Shown here: positions 18,705 through 28,833 of the stretch, piece after piece
How positions within the stretch are numbered: position 1 is the first letter of the stretch
How the letters are laid out: the number at the start of each line of letters is the position of its first letter
DNA from: a virus
IMG/VR virus record: IMGVR_UViG_3300002219_000010
Span: 2,837-66,836 of that record
Direction: 5' to 3' (one strand)
DNA: 64,000 nucleotides
Position numbers and translations under genes: made by a program
Notes under the pieces: generated by a model
What the model saw: the letters and a program-made list of their open reading frames with translations, nothing else
Databases searched by the model: none
What the model was told of the DNA's origin: nothing

Positions 18705-19676
18705 ATGTTATCAAATGAGGACGCTGTAAAAGTATTTAGAGATGGACGTAGAGGAAACAGCAAAAACATTTTTCATGAAAACAGCAGAACGTTATATAGC
18801 TACGGATATCATTTCATCTTAGCAGTAAGATTAAACACCGGGGAGTATCTGATCAACGGGGATACTTATAGTTCATCAACATCAAGGCATACATCGTTGT
18901 GCATCAGACATTTGACTCCAAATGTGATAATCCCATTTTCGGCATTGAACCAGGTAACAACGGAGTACTCAGCTATCAAGATGGTTGACAGATCATCAGA
19001 CATATACATTCCACGAATTCGACGAGATCCAAAAACAGGAGAAATAATTGAGTACAATGAACACAGGCTGGGGTCAGCCGTAATCGAGATAGAAGGTAAA
19101 CACTACTTGTCATCAATTGATGCAGGTGCCAAAGATCGAGAAGGATATTTTTTGGTGGAATTGCCCGAGAATGTAACCTCGGTTGATGAGGCGTTTGATA
19201 CTCTGTTTCCGGAAGATCTGGCCCGAGACGCACCGCATGTCAGACAAGGAGAATTTTTCTTCCATCCGTCCGGAGTAGAGACGAGAGAACTTTCGCGAGT
19301 AGAGCCTTTATATGAGTGGGGGTGGTATGATTACAATGTTCAACATGCTTATCAAACGAGGTTTGCAACAAAAGAACTTGCAGACAAACATCTGAGAAGA
19401 CACATGGAATCATGGGGGCAGTTCGACGATAACTCTAGTAGAATGGTTCACAGATTCCCGATTAAAGACCAAAATAACCTGGCACGATATTTTCCGAATG
19501 CCGGAACAGGTCATGCGCACATAGTAACAGAAATCAGACAAAAAGATGGAGATATTTATGTCAGAGGAACAATTAGGCACCCTGAACATAAGATATTGGT
19601 ATTAGGCAAAATTTGGCATCGCGTTTATGTGAACAGGGCCGTTAGGTCATTTTCGGCAAGTGGCAATGTTGATTGA
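18705..19676 (+). CDS. Hypothetical phage-like protein
   Basis: AGGAG SD; LYSYGYHF, YSSSTSRH, RQGEFFF and HPEH motifs. Confidence 0.7.
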   Translation: MLSNEDAVKVFRDGRRGNSKNIFHENSRTLYSYGYHFILAVRLNTGEYLINGDTYSSSTSRHTSLCIRHLTPNVIIPFSALNQVTTEYSAIKMVDRSSDIYIPRIRRDPKTGEIIEYNEHRLGSAVIEIEGKHYLSSIDAGAKDREGYFLVELPENVTSVDEAFDTLFPEDLARDAPHVRQGEFFFHPSGVETRELSRVEPLYEWGWYDYNVQHAYQTRFATKELADKHLRRHMESWGQFDDNSSRMVHRFPIKDQNNLARYFPNAGTGHAHIVTEIRQKDGDIYVRGTIRHPEHKILVLGKIWHRVYVNRAVRSFSASGNVD

Positions 19677-19686
19677 GTTGACAAAA

Positions 19687-19926
19687 ATGAAACTATACCA
19701 AGTCAGAATACGCGGAGGATGCAGTTCAACAGGCACGAATTATCACGAATCATATGTGGTAGCATCCTCGATTGATAGTGCTTATATGCAAGTAAGGGAA
19801 TATCTAGATAGGAACGACCTGTGCTTCAATGACGAAAGAGAGCTGGAATCAATAACCCTGATTGCCGAGATGAGCAGATACCCGGCATGCAAAACAATGC
19901 TATTTATTGAGGGAAATAATATATGA
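19687..19926 (+). CDS. Hypothetical protein
   Basis: KLYQV...YVVASSIDSA motif. Confidence 0.55.
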   Translation: MKLYQVRIRGGCSSTGTNYHESYVVASSIDSAYMQVREYLDRNDLCFNDERELESITLIAEMSRYPACKTMLFIEGNNI

Positions 19927-20246
19927 TCACTAGAATATCTTTGTCCAATCTGCCAGAATATGCTCTCGACAAAACAATTAAAAAATACACACATGTGCTA
20001 ACAGAAGAATACCAAGTATGGACCTATTGTAGTATATGTGTCGAGATTGATAGCATATTATCAGGAGATGATGGGTGTGAAATTCTTTGTCCGTTATATC
20101 CATCCAGATGGTGCATGGATGATCCAGCAGACTCAAGATTATATCATCCGACCGATACCGATCTAAAGGATTATCTTTGGTGGGTAACGATTGAACTTGA
20201 GCTGATGAGAACCAAGTGTGAAAGACGTTGGGGTGGCGCGTGGTAA
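19923..20246 (+). CDS. Hypothetical Cys-rich protein
   Basis: CSIC...C..LCPL...C; ATGA overlap. Confidence 0.55.
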   Translation: MITRISLSNLPEYALDKTIKKYTHVLTEEYQVWTYCSICVEIDSILSGDDGCEILCPLYPSRWCMDDPADSRLYHPTDTDLKDYLWWVTIELELMRTKCERRWGGAW

Positions 20247-20725
20247 CAGGTCCGAGCGTGGAGTCTTTTGTTGACGAATGCGGTTGGGAATCTGTTTTGG
20301 TAGCTCTGCAAGAAGAGGCAGCCCGGCAACTGGTCCTTTTCGGAGATCCAACCGCGCGAAAAGTATTTGACGTATTACAGGCATGCTTAGAGGAGGTTTG
20401 CCGGGACTGCTAACGGCGAGGTTTTCGGTCATGATTCAGCCGACCCTCCTTCCTCGCTGGCAGACATCCCGGCAGCCGGGAGATTTTTATCATGGATAAA
20501 ATAATAATTCGTCAACGATGCTCACCTTTTAAAGCTTTCAAGGTGGGTGACTTCGATGAAGCCAATTTTCACATGGGGTATAAAAAGGCTGAGAAGTTGG
20601 TACAGGCTAAGAACAACTATCCGGGAGAGTATGCCATCGTTGTTGAGAAGCTTGACGACGACGAGGTTTTCGATCTCGGGTAGAAAGATATTTACCCTGG
20701 GAAAACGTTTGAACATGTGATCAAC

Positions 20726-21001
20726 ATGGGAATCATAGAAGATATCGCTGGGAGGGGCATCAACCGCGCCCTTCAAGTCGCTACCGCTAATGTGACTGAT
20801 GAGAAGTATGCCGAGATGATTGAACTTCTATACGAAACAGGAGGTGCTATTCAGGATATTGCCGATATGCTGGCGGACAAAAAGCTCTCTGCCGAGGAGA
20901 TTGACAAGCTGGCCAGAGAACTGTATGAAAACGCGGACGGCATTCAATTGGAGGCCGTGAAGTCTGCAATTGACAGAATCGTTGCTGGAATAGGTAGATA
21001 G
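20726..21001 (+). CDS. Hypothetical acidic helical protein
   Basis: Follows a TATA-like element at ~20688. Confidence 0.55.
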   Translation: MGIIEDIAGRGINRALQVATANVTDEKYAEMIELLYETGGAIQDIADMLADKKLSAEEIDKLARELYENADGIQLEAVKSAIDRIVAGIGR

Positions 21002-21035
21002 ATTAACACCATTGTTTTTTTTTGAGGGAACTTTT

Positions 21036-21599
21036 ATGGATTTCGAAAAATTAATAGTTGCTTTGGTTGACGATGGAGTGCCCATTGCAAACTTACTGAG
21101 GCTAAACGAACAATCAACGTCAACCGTATCAGCAATCATCTCAATGCTGATGAAAGGAACCGCCACGACGCCGGAAGAACAACAGACCATGGTTGAAGAT
21201 GCTCAGTCTACTTTGGAGATGTTGAAGATGGCAGATATCCTTACCGTGGATGGTGAAAAAGTCACTCCTGGCAAGGTATTTTCGGATTTCAAGGAATTTG
21301 CCAGTGACTTCTTCAATTTGGACAACACTATCATGCGATCGTTGAAGATCTCACGGCAGGAATTCGATGAGATCAAAAGAGAATATATGGAGGTCACAGG
21401 CAAGTCGAGACAGTTCGTTGATATTCTGACGGCTTGGTCTGACCTGCCTCCGGAGGCCAAACTTGGTATTGTGCGAGGTATTTTTGTCCAGCGCGGCATT
21501 ATGGCCGCAATTGTCGGTAATGCTGTAAAGTCTCTCAGAAACGTGTCGAATCATTGTAATATGAGTGCGGAATGGCTGAGCCAATGGACGCAGGAATAG
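21036..21599 (+). CDS. Hypothetical protein
   Basis: GAGGG SD; 187-aa ORF. Confidence 0.6.
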   Translation: MDFEKLIVALVDDGVPIANLLRLNEQSTSTVSAIISMLMKGTATTPEEQQTMVEDAQSTLEMLKMADILTVDGEKVTPGKVFSDFKEFASDFFNLDNTIMRSLKISRQEFDEIKREYMEVTGKSRQFVDILTAWSDLPPEAKLGIVRGIFVQRGIMAAIVGNAVKSLRNVSNHCNMSAEWLSQWTQE

Positions 21600-21958
21600 A
21601 TGTCGAAGATAGGATGAGGAGATTCGCAAAATGCGATGGATCTCCTCAATCCATTTCGAAGGTGCTGTGTGAAGGTTTGACGGATCGCGAGCAGGAGGTA
21701 CTTGCACTTGGAATCAGAGTTGGCAAGCATTCCGCTGCGGTTACGGTCATGCGCGAGATAAGGTCTGAAATAGGGGATCTCGTCGCGCAGAAAATCGATC
21801 CCCATATAAAGGTTCTGAAACGTCCGGTAAAAGCCTGTAACAACCAGGTTGCAGATGGTGGCGTTTTCAGATGCAAGAGAGGCGGCCTGTGTAATCCTAC
21901 AGAATGTTCGTATTTTGAGCCACGGTCTAATTATGTCAAATGGCCGAAAACTTTTTAA
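21584..21958 (+). CDS. Hypothetical protein with a C-terminal Cys cluster
   Basis: Four Cys in the last ~40 aa. Confidence 0.55.
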   Translation: MDAGIDVEDRMRRFAKCDGSPQSISKVLCEGLTDREQEVLALGIRVGKHSAAVTVMREIRSEIGDLVAQKIDPHIKVLKRPVKACNNQVADGGVFRCKRGGLCNPTECSYFEPRSNYVKWPKTF

Positions 21959-21991
21959 GTCTCTTTTTTAAGCATTGGATGAGGGAACACA

Positions 21992-23446
21992 ATGAGAGAA
22001 GATTTAGTCGATATAATCTCCAGGTATTCCGACGAGTTTGGTGTCACGGTAGAATTTACTGATACCGCCGCTAAGTTTGTTACGGATGATGGAGAAATTG
22101 TCCTTGAGGAAAAGGGCGGGGAAGCGAATCTCAAGAGAGTAGAACCTCTTGATGAAACGGATGATGACCAAATAATGCGCTTGTCGAAGATTCGGCGACA
22201 TTTTTCGGGATATCTCAGAACATCTCTTGAGGCCAATAAAAAAACTTCCGAACCAGTTGCTGAACCAGAACCTCCAAAGAAGAAGGCCGGGCGGCCTCCG
22301 AAGTCAGAAAAAACAGAATTGCCGACTGAAGAGGAGGAACCCCAGAAACCAAGAAGAGCCCCCAGGGGCACGAAGGCCGCCGAAGATGCGGAAAGAGCTA
22401 AGAAAGCTCAGAATGACCCACCAGATGCCCCGGTCGAACAGCCTCCTGCTCCCACCGAAGATGAAGAGGAAGAATTGCCGGATCTTCGGCCTGAGTGTGA
22501 TAAAACTGGCAAAGTTCTCCCGGAGATATACAAGCTAATGAAACTTCGAGGCAGTAAACAGGGACTTGAAGTTGTCGAGGAAAACCTCGATCATTTAGTT
22601 CTGAGAGGCGAGTTTGGCGATGCCGAGGTTCTTGCCAACGGAGAGATTTTGTCCGAGGTAGCGGGTTATATACGAATCCTTGGCGGGCAGCCTGTCAAAG
22701 AGCCTACTTCTCCGGTTGCCAAGACCGCGCCGGCCAAGGTTGCTGCTTCGTCTCCAACAAAGTCGGCCCCTGTGAAGGAAAGCATCTTTGACCAGATCAT
22801 TGCTCATTTCGGGCCGGATCTCATGGAGGTCTTTGGAGAGACCGGGACAATGAAGTCGCAGGGAATGGTGGCGCTGGCCAAACAGTGTGCTGAGGCTGGT
22901 AGAAAAGTATATTATTTAGACACTGAAAATAATATATCGCCTCCAGATGTCGAAATGTTGAGAAATCTGGGAGTAAATTATCATTATACCCCGGTTCTCA
23001 AGGAGATTGACGAAATCTTCGACAAGAACATACCAGCAATCAAGGCCGATGTCATTATTGTGGACAGCGTTGGTATGCCAGTGTTGAGGAAGTTCTCGGC
23101 GATGAGCGCCCACGATAGAGGGAGCGCGCTTCTGGACATAATCAAGTGGTTGGGAGTATTGAAGGAGTGGACCTATCTCAACAAGTCCATAGCTTTCGTC
23201 ACAAACCAGCCACAATCAGAGTTTGGCAAGTCCTCGTCCCAGGAAAAAGGCGATCATCGCATGCCATTTGGGGATAAGAGCAATTTTATTCCAGGAGCAC
23301 TATTATTGTCCAAAAAGTCATTGGATTCCCCACAGGGTTCCAAAGCAGCGTTCCAAGTTTTTAGACTTCGAAGCCATGCCTGGGGAGAAAAGATATTCGA
23401 GGTAACCGTTGACAAGAACGGGCCTGCAATAAAGTTGGTGGTTTGA
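21992..23446 (+). CDS. RecA/RadB-like ATPase with a long N-terminal extension
   Basis: EVFGETGTMKS (Walker A variant), YYLDTE, IIVDS (Walker B), VTNQ, PFG. Confidence 0.8.
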   Translation: MREDLVDIISRYSDEFGVTVEFTDTAAKFVTDDGEIVLEEKGGEANLKRVEPLDETDDDQIMRLSKIRRHFSGYLRTSLEANKKTSEPVAEPEPPKKKAGRPPKSEKTELPTEEEEPQKPRRAPRGTKAAEDAERAKKAQNDPPDAPVEQPPAPTEDEEEELPDLRPECDKTGKVLPEIYKLMKLRGSKQGLEVVEENLDHLVLRGEFGDAEVLANGEILSEVAGYIRILGGQPVKEPTSPVAKTAPAKVAASSPTKSAPVKESIFDQIIAHFGPDLMEVFGETGTMKSQGMVALAKQCAEAGRKVYYLDTENNISPPDVEMLRNLGVNYHYTPVLKEIDEIFDKNIPAIKADVIIVDSVGMPVLRKFSAMSAHDRGSALLDIIKWLGVLKEWTYLNKSIAFVTNQPQSEFGKSSSQEKGDHRMPFGDKSNFIPGALLLSKKSLDSPQGSKAAFQVFRLRSHAWGEKIFEVTVDKNGPAIKLVV

Positions 23447-23880
23447 TGAAGAAGAACGGAAAGAAGGTAAAAAAGGCTCCCGTTAAGAAGGAGCCTGTCA
23501 AAAAAGTAAAGACCGAGACGAAGAAGATTGAAGGGACCGAGAAAAGAAATTTCATCCTTTTGAGTTGGGATGCCAGTGAAATCGGCAAGTACACTGGCCG
23601 GGCACCTCGTCAGGCAGCTCTAAAGGCTGCAAATCGGGGGGTAGTTGATATCCTTCTTCGTGAGGCCGGAAAGAGAAAGGTCATAGTGCGCAAGAAAGAA
23701 AAGACAACTTACGTAAAGATCCACTATTTCAAGGGTGGGCGGGTTACTAGACCCAAGACAAAGTCTGATCCAGAGTGGATGAATGATCCCGTCTCAACTC
23801 CAACTGCTGTTAAGATGGGAAGTGTTTGGGTCCCGTTGCACGAAACTGCCCTGAAACTGGCTATAACGGGGACTAAATAA
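23443..23880 (+). CDS. mc1: Non-histone chromosomal protein MC1 with a Lys-rich N-terminal tail
   Basis: RNFIL...E.G.YTG..PRQAALKAANRG...LRE.G...H.FKG...P.WM matches Methanosarcinales MC1. Confidence 0.9.
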   Translation: MMKKNGKKVKKAPVKKEPVKKVKTETKKIEGTEKRNFILLSWDASEIGKYTGRAPRQAALKAANRGVVDILLREAGKRKVIVRKKEKTTYVKIHYFKGGRVTRPKTKSDPEWMNDPVSTPTAVKMGSVWVPLHETALKLAITGTK

Positions 23881-24113
23881 TGAAAATAACAACCATAGTT
23901 GCTGGTCCGAAGCCTTTGATATTGACCTCTTCGGGAACGACTAAACGCACCTTCGAGGTAAAGTGCCAGGGCATGTACGAGAATGCGTTGGGTCGTTACA
24001 AGGCGACTCTGACCATTACAGGTCCTGATGAGGAACTAGCCGAGGAAATCCTGGATACCCTGGATCTCGGCGAAGAGTTCGAGTTAAAATGCATGCCCCC
24101 GAAAAAGGGGTAG
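23880..24113 (+). CDS. Hypothetical protein
   Basis: TAATG coupling; followed by a T-tract terminator. Confidence 0.55.
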   Translation: MKITTIVAGPKPLILTSSGTTKRTFEVKCQGMYENALGRYKATLTITGPDEELAEEILDTLDLGEEFELKCMPPKKG

Positions 24114-24116
24114 GCA

Positions 24117-24130
24117 TTTCTCTTTTTTTT
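24117..24130 (+). terminator. Archaeal oligo-T terminator
   Basis: TTTCTCTTTTTTTT right after the stop, where convergent operons meet. Confidence 0.5.
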
Positions 24131-24155
24131 CAAACCGCCGTATATCGATTATTTG

Positions 24156-24308
24156 CTATCGTATTAGTTCCGGCGCGGGAGCAAGTCCCCCGAACTCGCG
24201 GATTAGCCCGTCTAGGGCGTCGTCCCTGTTCCGGATCTTTTCTTTTACCTGGTAGGCCTGCCAGACCACGACCGCCTCGTCACTGAGAGTTATCAGTAAT
24301 CTCTTCAT
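24156..24308 (-). CDS. Small RHH-like protein (50 aa, not in the ORF track)
   Basis: MKRLLITLSDEA...NRDDALDGLI; GGTGA SD. Confidence 0.5.
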   Translation of the reverse strand: MKRLLITLSDEAVVVWQAYQVKEKIRNRDDALDGLIREFGGLAPAPELIR

Positions 24309-24326
24309 AAAATCACCATTATTCGA

Positions 24327-25745
24327 TCAAGTGTCGTGCGTCGCCAGCCCGTAGTTATGAGCCACCTTCATCCCGGTTGCCTTCGTCGCGGTGTAGGTGT
24401 ATGTCATCCCGGCAAAAACGTTCCCGACTATAACCCCGTTCGCCATTCCGTTACCTTCGATGCATGTGGTGTCCAATATCAATAGATTGTTTGAGACTAT
24501 CGGTTGATCGTGGTATGTGCCAGCCCCATCCTTGTCATAGTGGATGCCACGGGCGAACCCTTTTATGGCGTTGTCCGAAACTATCGAAAATTTGACCTGT
24601 TCCACTCCTCCTATATAAATACCGTCGCCGTTTGGTGCATCATAATTGAAAATCGAGTTCCCGGATATCGTTATGTACTGTATGACAGCCGTATCTGAAT
24701 CGATTTTAATTCCCTTACCCGTGCCACAAATCGCAATGTAGTTGTCCTCTATCCTGGCCGGGTAGGCATTCACGAGGGTGATCGCATTTCCCGCCGAATT
24801 CGAGGTATCGACCATGCAGCCGATTATCTGTACATCGTCCACGGTATTCGCTTTTATCGGGTACTGACAGTTCTGGAAATTGGTGTCAGTGATTTTTAGG
24901 CCACAGTGTTCAGTTTTGTTGAGGCCGGTGGCGTTTAGCCCATTTTTCAAATCCCAAAAAACACTTGTTGTGACAGCGCCGTTGGTCATACCATAAGTTG
25001 AATTTCCGGTTATGAGGAGGCCCGTGGATGTGGCGGTGGTCGTGTTCTCCTCCTGAGAGAAATAACAATTTTTGACTGTGCCCAGTCTCCAATTGTATAA
25101 TTCCAAAAGAGTGCTATTCCCATGTGCTAGGAAAGTCACTTTATCAAAGCATATACCATGAGTTCGCCCGGTGGTCTCTACGCCGTTGTTGTTGCCCAGT
25201 GTCTCGATTACCAGATCTTTCAGGATGTTATGAGGCGTTGCATACATCTTTATGTCGCCCGAGTCGTCGCCGTCTATGGTTATGAGCGGGTCGACAGTGC
25301 CGGAGAGCCCGGTTTGGTAGCCAGTTCCTACAAAAGCTATATCAGCAGTACTCGTAAGACTGGATGGCAGAACGAACTTGTTTTTCAGTAGGATGGTGCC
25401 GCCATCTGGCAAGTCGTTGATCGCAGCCTGGATAACGGTTGCATTATTGGCATTAGAGCCAATCCACGTACCATTAAACCATTGTGCATGTGCCTGCCCA
25501 CCTGAATAATAACATGTTATGTCGTATGTGGGCATGCTTACGACCGCTTCACCAAACATTAATACATCAGAGTAACTATATAACGTTTTAGTAGTAGTTC
25601 CTGGCGCGGTCCCGGAGAACTTGATACCCTCGCCGCTCGGCAAGCTCTGTGACCAGTTCAGCCTATCCAGGCCGATCTTTGTAGCCGCGTCTGCGCAACT
25701 GCATAGCAACAGTAACATACACAACATCAAAATCAGTTTTTTCAT
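24327..25745 (-). CDS. Right-handed beta-helix (pectin-lyase/NosD-like) adhesin with a signal peptide
   Basis: MKKLILMLCMLLLL..ADAA signal; IQAAINDL..GGTI.L; repeated I..N.I units. Confidence 0.75.
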   Translation of the reverse strand: MKKLILMLCMLLLLCSCADAATKIGLDRLNWSQSLPSGEGIKFSGTAPGTTTKTLYSYSDVLMFGEAVVSMPTYDITCYYSGGQAHAQWFNGTWIGSNANNATVIQAAINDLPDGGTILLKNKFVLPSSLTSTADIAFVGTGYQTGLSGTVDPLITIDGDDSGDIKMYATPHNILKDLVIETLGNNNGVETTGRTHGICFDKVTFLAHGNSTLLELYNWRLGTVKNCYFSQEENTTTATSTGLLITGNSTYGMTNGAVTTSVFWDLKNGLNATGLNKTEHCGLKITDTNFQNCQYPIKANTVDDVQIIGCMVDTSNSAGNAITLVNAYPARIEDNYIAICGTGKGIKIDSDTAVIQYITISGNSIFNYDAPNGDGIYIGGVEQVKFSIVSDNAIKGFARGIHYDKDGAGTYHDQPIVSNNLLILDTTCIEGNGMANGVIVGNVFAGMTYTYTATKATGMKVAHNYGLATHDT

Positions 25746-25756
25746 CGCAAATCACC

Positions 25757-26728
25757 TCAATATTGATAATTAGTTCGAATCTTGTCACCAGGTATAAGCG
25801 GGGCAGCCATTGTTATCGTAATGCCAGACAGAATGTAGTCCTCACCAACTCCGACAGTCATATACTGGCCATTCAGGTAGAGCATAATCTGGCCACCTGT
25901 GGGGGTGTGAGCCAACGTAAAAGTAACGTTTGAGCCATCAATAACTCCAGTTGGAATCTCACTGAGGCTCCAGCGACAACCCAGCATGGCCTGTGTCTCG
26001 GCTAACGTTTTTTTTACGAATGTACCCGATCCCGAAGCTACCAGAAAATCATTTGCCGCCGTAGCCAGGATGTGCTTGAGGAAAGCGGTATCATCCAGTC
26101 CATCTAGCTTGTCTGCATTCAGGTTTGTAACTTTCGTGGTACTGGCTACTACGAAAGGAGCTGTCCCAGTAACCTGATCTGACTCAAAGGTTTGCGCTTT
26201 AATTCCATGTGAGCCTGCGTCCCAATCGGCTGTCAAAGCAACTGATCCGTCTGCCAAGACAACTGGCGCAGGAACCCACATGGCTCCATTCCAAGTGAGC
26301 ACGTCTCCTGTATCCCGGCCAGATACGTCTACAGTATCACCGTCGATGATATTACTAGGGTGAATATTAGTATGATCATATACGGCCAGATGCTCGGTTA
26401 AATCAACACCACTCCCTATCAAAGTGTGGTCATACATTGCCAGGTGAACGGCCATTACAGCGTCTGCGTCTGATCCAGCAATACTTCCTGGATCTAGGTC
26501 CAAATCGGCAATGTCATCAACAGACCCGATCACGACTATTATCTCACCGTCTCCAAAAACATCATCAACATACTTCTTATTGACGGCATCGTAATCTTCC
26601 AGCGGGTCGCCAAGATCCATCAGTCGGTTGAAGAACAACGACTGATCGCCGTCCAAGGTTTTCCGGTCCCGGACACCTATTCTTTCTTGCCATTGCCAGG
26701 CAGATTGTCTAGCGGTTGGTCTTTTCAT
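25757..26728 (-). CDS. Fibre/spike-like structural protein
   Basis: DAVNKKYVD and NLNADKLDG fibre motifs; C-terminal PTGVIDGSN..FTL..LYLNG domain. Confidence 0.65.
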   Translation of the reverse strand: MKRPTARQSAWQWQERIGVRDRKTLDGDQSLFFNRLMDLGDPLEDYDAVNKKYVDDVFGDGEIIVVIGSVDDIADLDLDPGSIAGSDADAVMAVHLAMYDHTLIGSGVDLTEHLAVYDHTNIHPSNIIDGDTVDVSGRDTGDVLTWNGAMWVPAPVVLADGSVALTADWDAGSHGIKAQTFESDQVTGTAPFVVASTTKVTNLNADKLDGLDDTAFLKHILATAANDFLVASGSGTFVKKTLAETQAMLGCRWSLSEIPTGVIDGSNVTFTLAHTPTGGQIMLYLNGQYMTVGVGEDYILSGITITMAAPLIPGDKIRTNYQY

Positions 26729-26737
26729 GCATATCAC

Positions 26738-27100
26738 CTATATCACATTATTTAAGTATGTATCCAATATCCATTTTATCAATGTTATTCCAAGTCCGCC
26801 TGATACAAATGCAATTATTGCTGTCCATGCGGCTTTTTTACCTTGATCGGCGGCGTCGCATACCTTTATGGTTGTTGCTATTTCGTGCAATCCGGTCTGT
26901 ACCTCAGCCATGCTGTCTTTCAAGGATCGGACATCTTCTTTTACATCATCATGACTTACTGTAAGCGATGCCAAAGCTGTAAAAATTATGGTTAAATCGC
27001 AGGGTACCGTTCCGGTAGCATGTGATTGAGTGGCATCTAAGTAAATCCCATCCAGCATCTCTCGCAGTGCCTTCAATTGACGTTCTTTGTCAGGGGGCAT
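26738..27100 (-). CDS. Coiled-coil protein with a C-terminal TM helix (holin-like or membrane virion protein)
   Basis: Heptads then AAWTAIIAFVSGGLGITLI. Confidence 0.55.
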   Translation of the reverse strand: MPPDKERQLKALREMLDGIYLDATQSHATGTVPCDLTIIFTALASLTVSHDDVKEDVRSLKDSMAEVQTGLHEIATTIKVCDAADQGKKAAWTAIIAFVSGGLGITLIKWILDTYLNNVI

Positions 27101-28831
27101 CTAGATCACCGGGTTGAACCCTGCGTTGAACTTAGTTCTACTGGCTATACCTCTAATGTTGTACGATTTTGTCAATATTTTACTGGGCGTTGCTGGTGCT
27201 CCAAATACACTATTTCCTGTGTGATGAATCTGGATGTCAACTTTTTCAGGAGTTGCTGATGCGTATTTTGCCATTACCATCGTCATGCCCTGTAATGGCA
27301 CGTTTGGATTAACACCCTGAACATTTGGGGGTATGCTCCAAGGTATGTGAAAATAGGACATCTCATCACCAGTGGCTATTGTATAAATGACGATCCTGGT
27401 CCCAATTTCTGTTAATGTCCTGTTTAAGGATCGTATGGAATATGTATCGGGAGCGGTGTTGCTTGCATATACTACGCATATTCTACCATTAGAATCCGCT
27501 TGAATATTTGGAACCGTTCCGCCTGGACTTGGATTGCCTGCTTCTACTGTTATTCTTGGTCCGATCACCCCGTTTTTTATTTGCTTGATATATAACGGAA
27601 GTCTACTGACGTAATCAAATGGCCCGATATCATATGCGCAATAGACTTCATCATGTTTATTGATTAAAATATTTGACATGTAATGCAGCGCGTTTACATC
27701 ACCGGCATCCGTATTCAATGCTACTTTGGGCTGCCATCCGGCAGATGTTTGCCGAATGTACCAAATATTGCCGAGATCCGGATTGACGGTATCACATTTA
27801 GCTATGGCCATTATATGACGATATCCCTGCGAATCGTAATCAAATGAATGATAAATATATCGATGAGTTATAGATCCATCTGTGGTCAATTGGTAAAGCG
27901 TTCCCAATGTTTCATCCGCATTTACCCCGCGTAGAAGAAGCTGGGGATAGTCAACGTCTGATGCATATCCGTCGCTTCCCCACATTATTTCGACAGAGTC
28001 GCCCATGGGAGTGGGTTGAATCATTGGGCATATTGTCATAACCCCGGTTGCTGTACTTATCGTTTGGACACTCCCAAATGTTTTTGTCGTGGCATTATAT
28101 TTTCGATATTTTATCCTCTTGTCAGTGGTACTAAACTCTTCTCTCCATACGAAATGAAGATTTCCGTATGCATCTGCGCAAAACGATCCCTGTGTCTGTG
28201 GGTTGCCAGTTGATGAATCAATTCTATACCAGGTCCATGTTTTGCCGCCATCATCCGAATAGATATATACTTCTACAGGGACCAAAGTGCCTCCATACCG
28301 CATAGCAACGAATAACCCGATCCTACCTTCTGGTGATATGTATATATGTTTTCCGACAGTTGGGTATAAGGAATAACCTCCATATGTTCCGTCATATTCA
28401 ACATCAGTTGCCACGGTTATAGACTGCACTCCCAGCCCGGTTGTTGCAATTTTAGTATCCTCATTCATTATTTCGCCAGGTGTTTTAAATACCCCGACGT
28501 CGCGCACTTTCCTAAAATCTTTCGAGCTTTCGAGCAGCATTATGTCTCGGCTGCTTATTGAGGAGGTGATACCTTCCAGCTTTGCCCAAGTTTGGACTCC
28601 GCTGATGCCAGATTTCTTTTCAACCCATTTACCCACCATCGATCCTATTGGATCGGCCATGACAGTGGCCATGAGCTGAGCTGGGTTTTTTTCCATGAGC
28701 GTTACCGGATGGATGTTGATGATCTGGTTGCGGGCCAGACCACCTACGTTGCCGATGTATCGCGTCTCGTCTATCCTGCGAGTTGATAACTTGTCCACCT
28801 TACCGGCGCTACGGGCGGCAACTACTCCCAT
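27101..28831 (-). CDS. Beta-propeller (BNR/sialidase-like) structural or adhesin protein
   Basis: Asp-box YSDDGGKTW; repeated D..G..H.VW blades. Confidence 0.7.
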   Translation of the reverse strand: MGVVAARSAGKVDKLSTRRIDETRYIGNVGGLARNQIINIHPVTLMEKNPAQLMATVMADPIGSMVGKWVEKKSGISGVQTWAKLEGITSSISSRDIMLLESSKDFRKVRDVGVFKTPGEIMNEDTKIATTGLGVQSITVATDVEYDGTYGGYSLYPTVGKHIYISPEGRIGLFVAMRYGGTLVPVEVYIYSDDGGKTWTWYRIDSSTGNPQTQGSFCADAYGNLHFVWREEFSTTDKRIKYRKYNATTKTFGSVQTISTATGVMTICPMIQPTPMGDSVEIMWGSDGYASDVDYPQLLLRGVNADETLGTLYQLTTDGSITHRYIYHSFDYDSQGYRHIMAIAKCDTVNPDLGNIWYIRQTSAGWQPKVALNTDAGDVNALHYMSNILINKHDEVYCAYDIGPFDYVSRLPLYIKQIKNGVIGPRITVEAGNPSPGGTVPNIQADSNGRICVVYASNTAPDTYSIRSLNRTLTEIGTRIVIYTIATGDEMSYFHIPWSIPPNVQGVNPNVPLQGMTMVMAKYASATPEKVDIQIHHTGNSVFGAPATPSKILTKSYNIRGIASRTKFNAGFNPVI

Positions 28832-28833
28832 TT

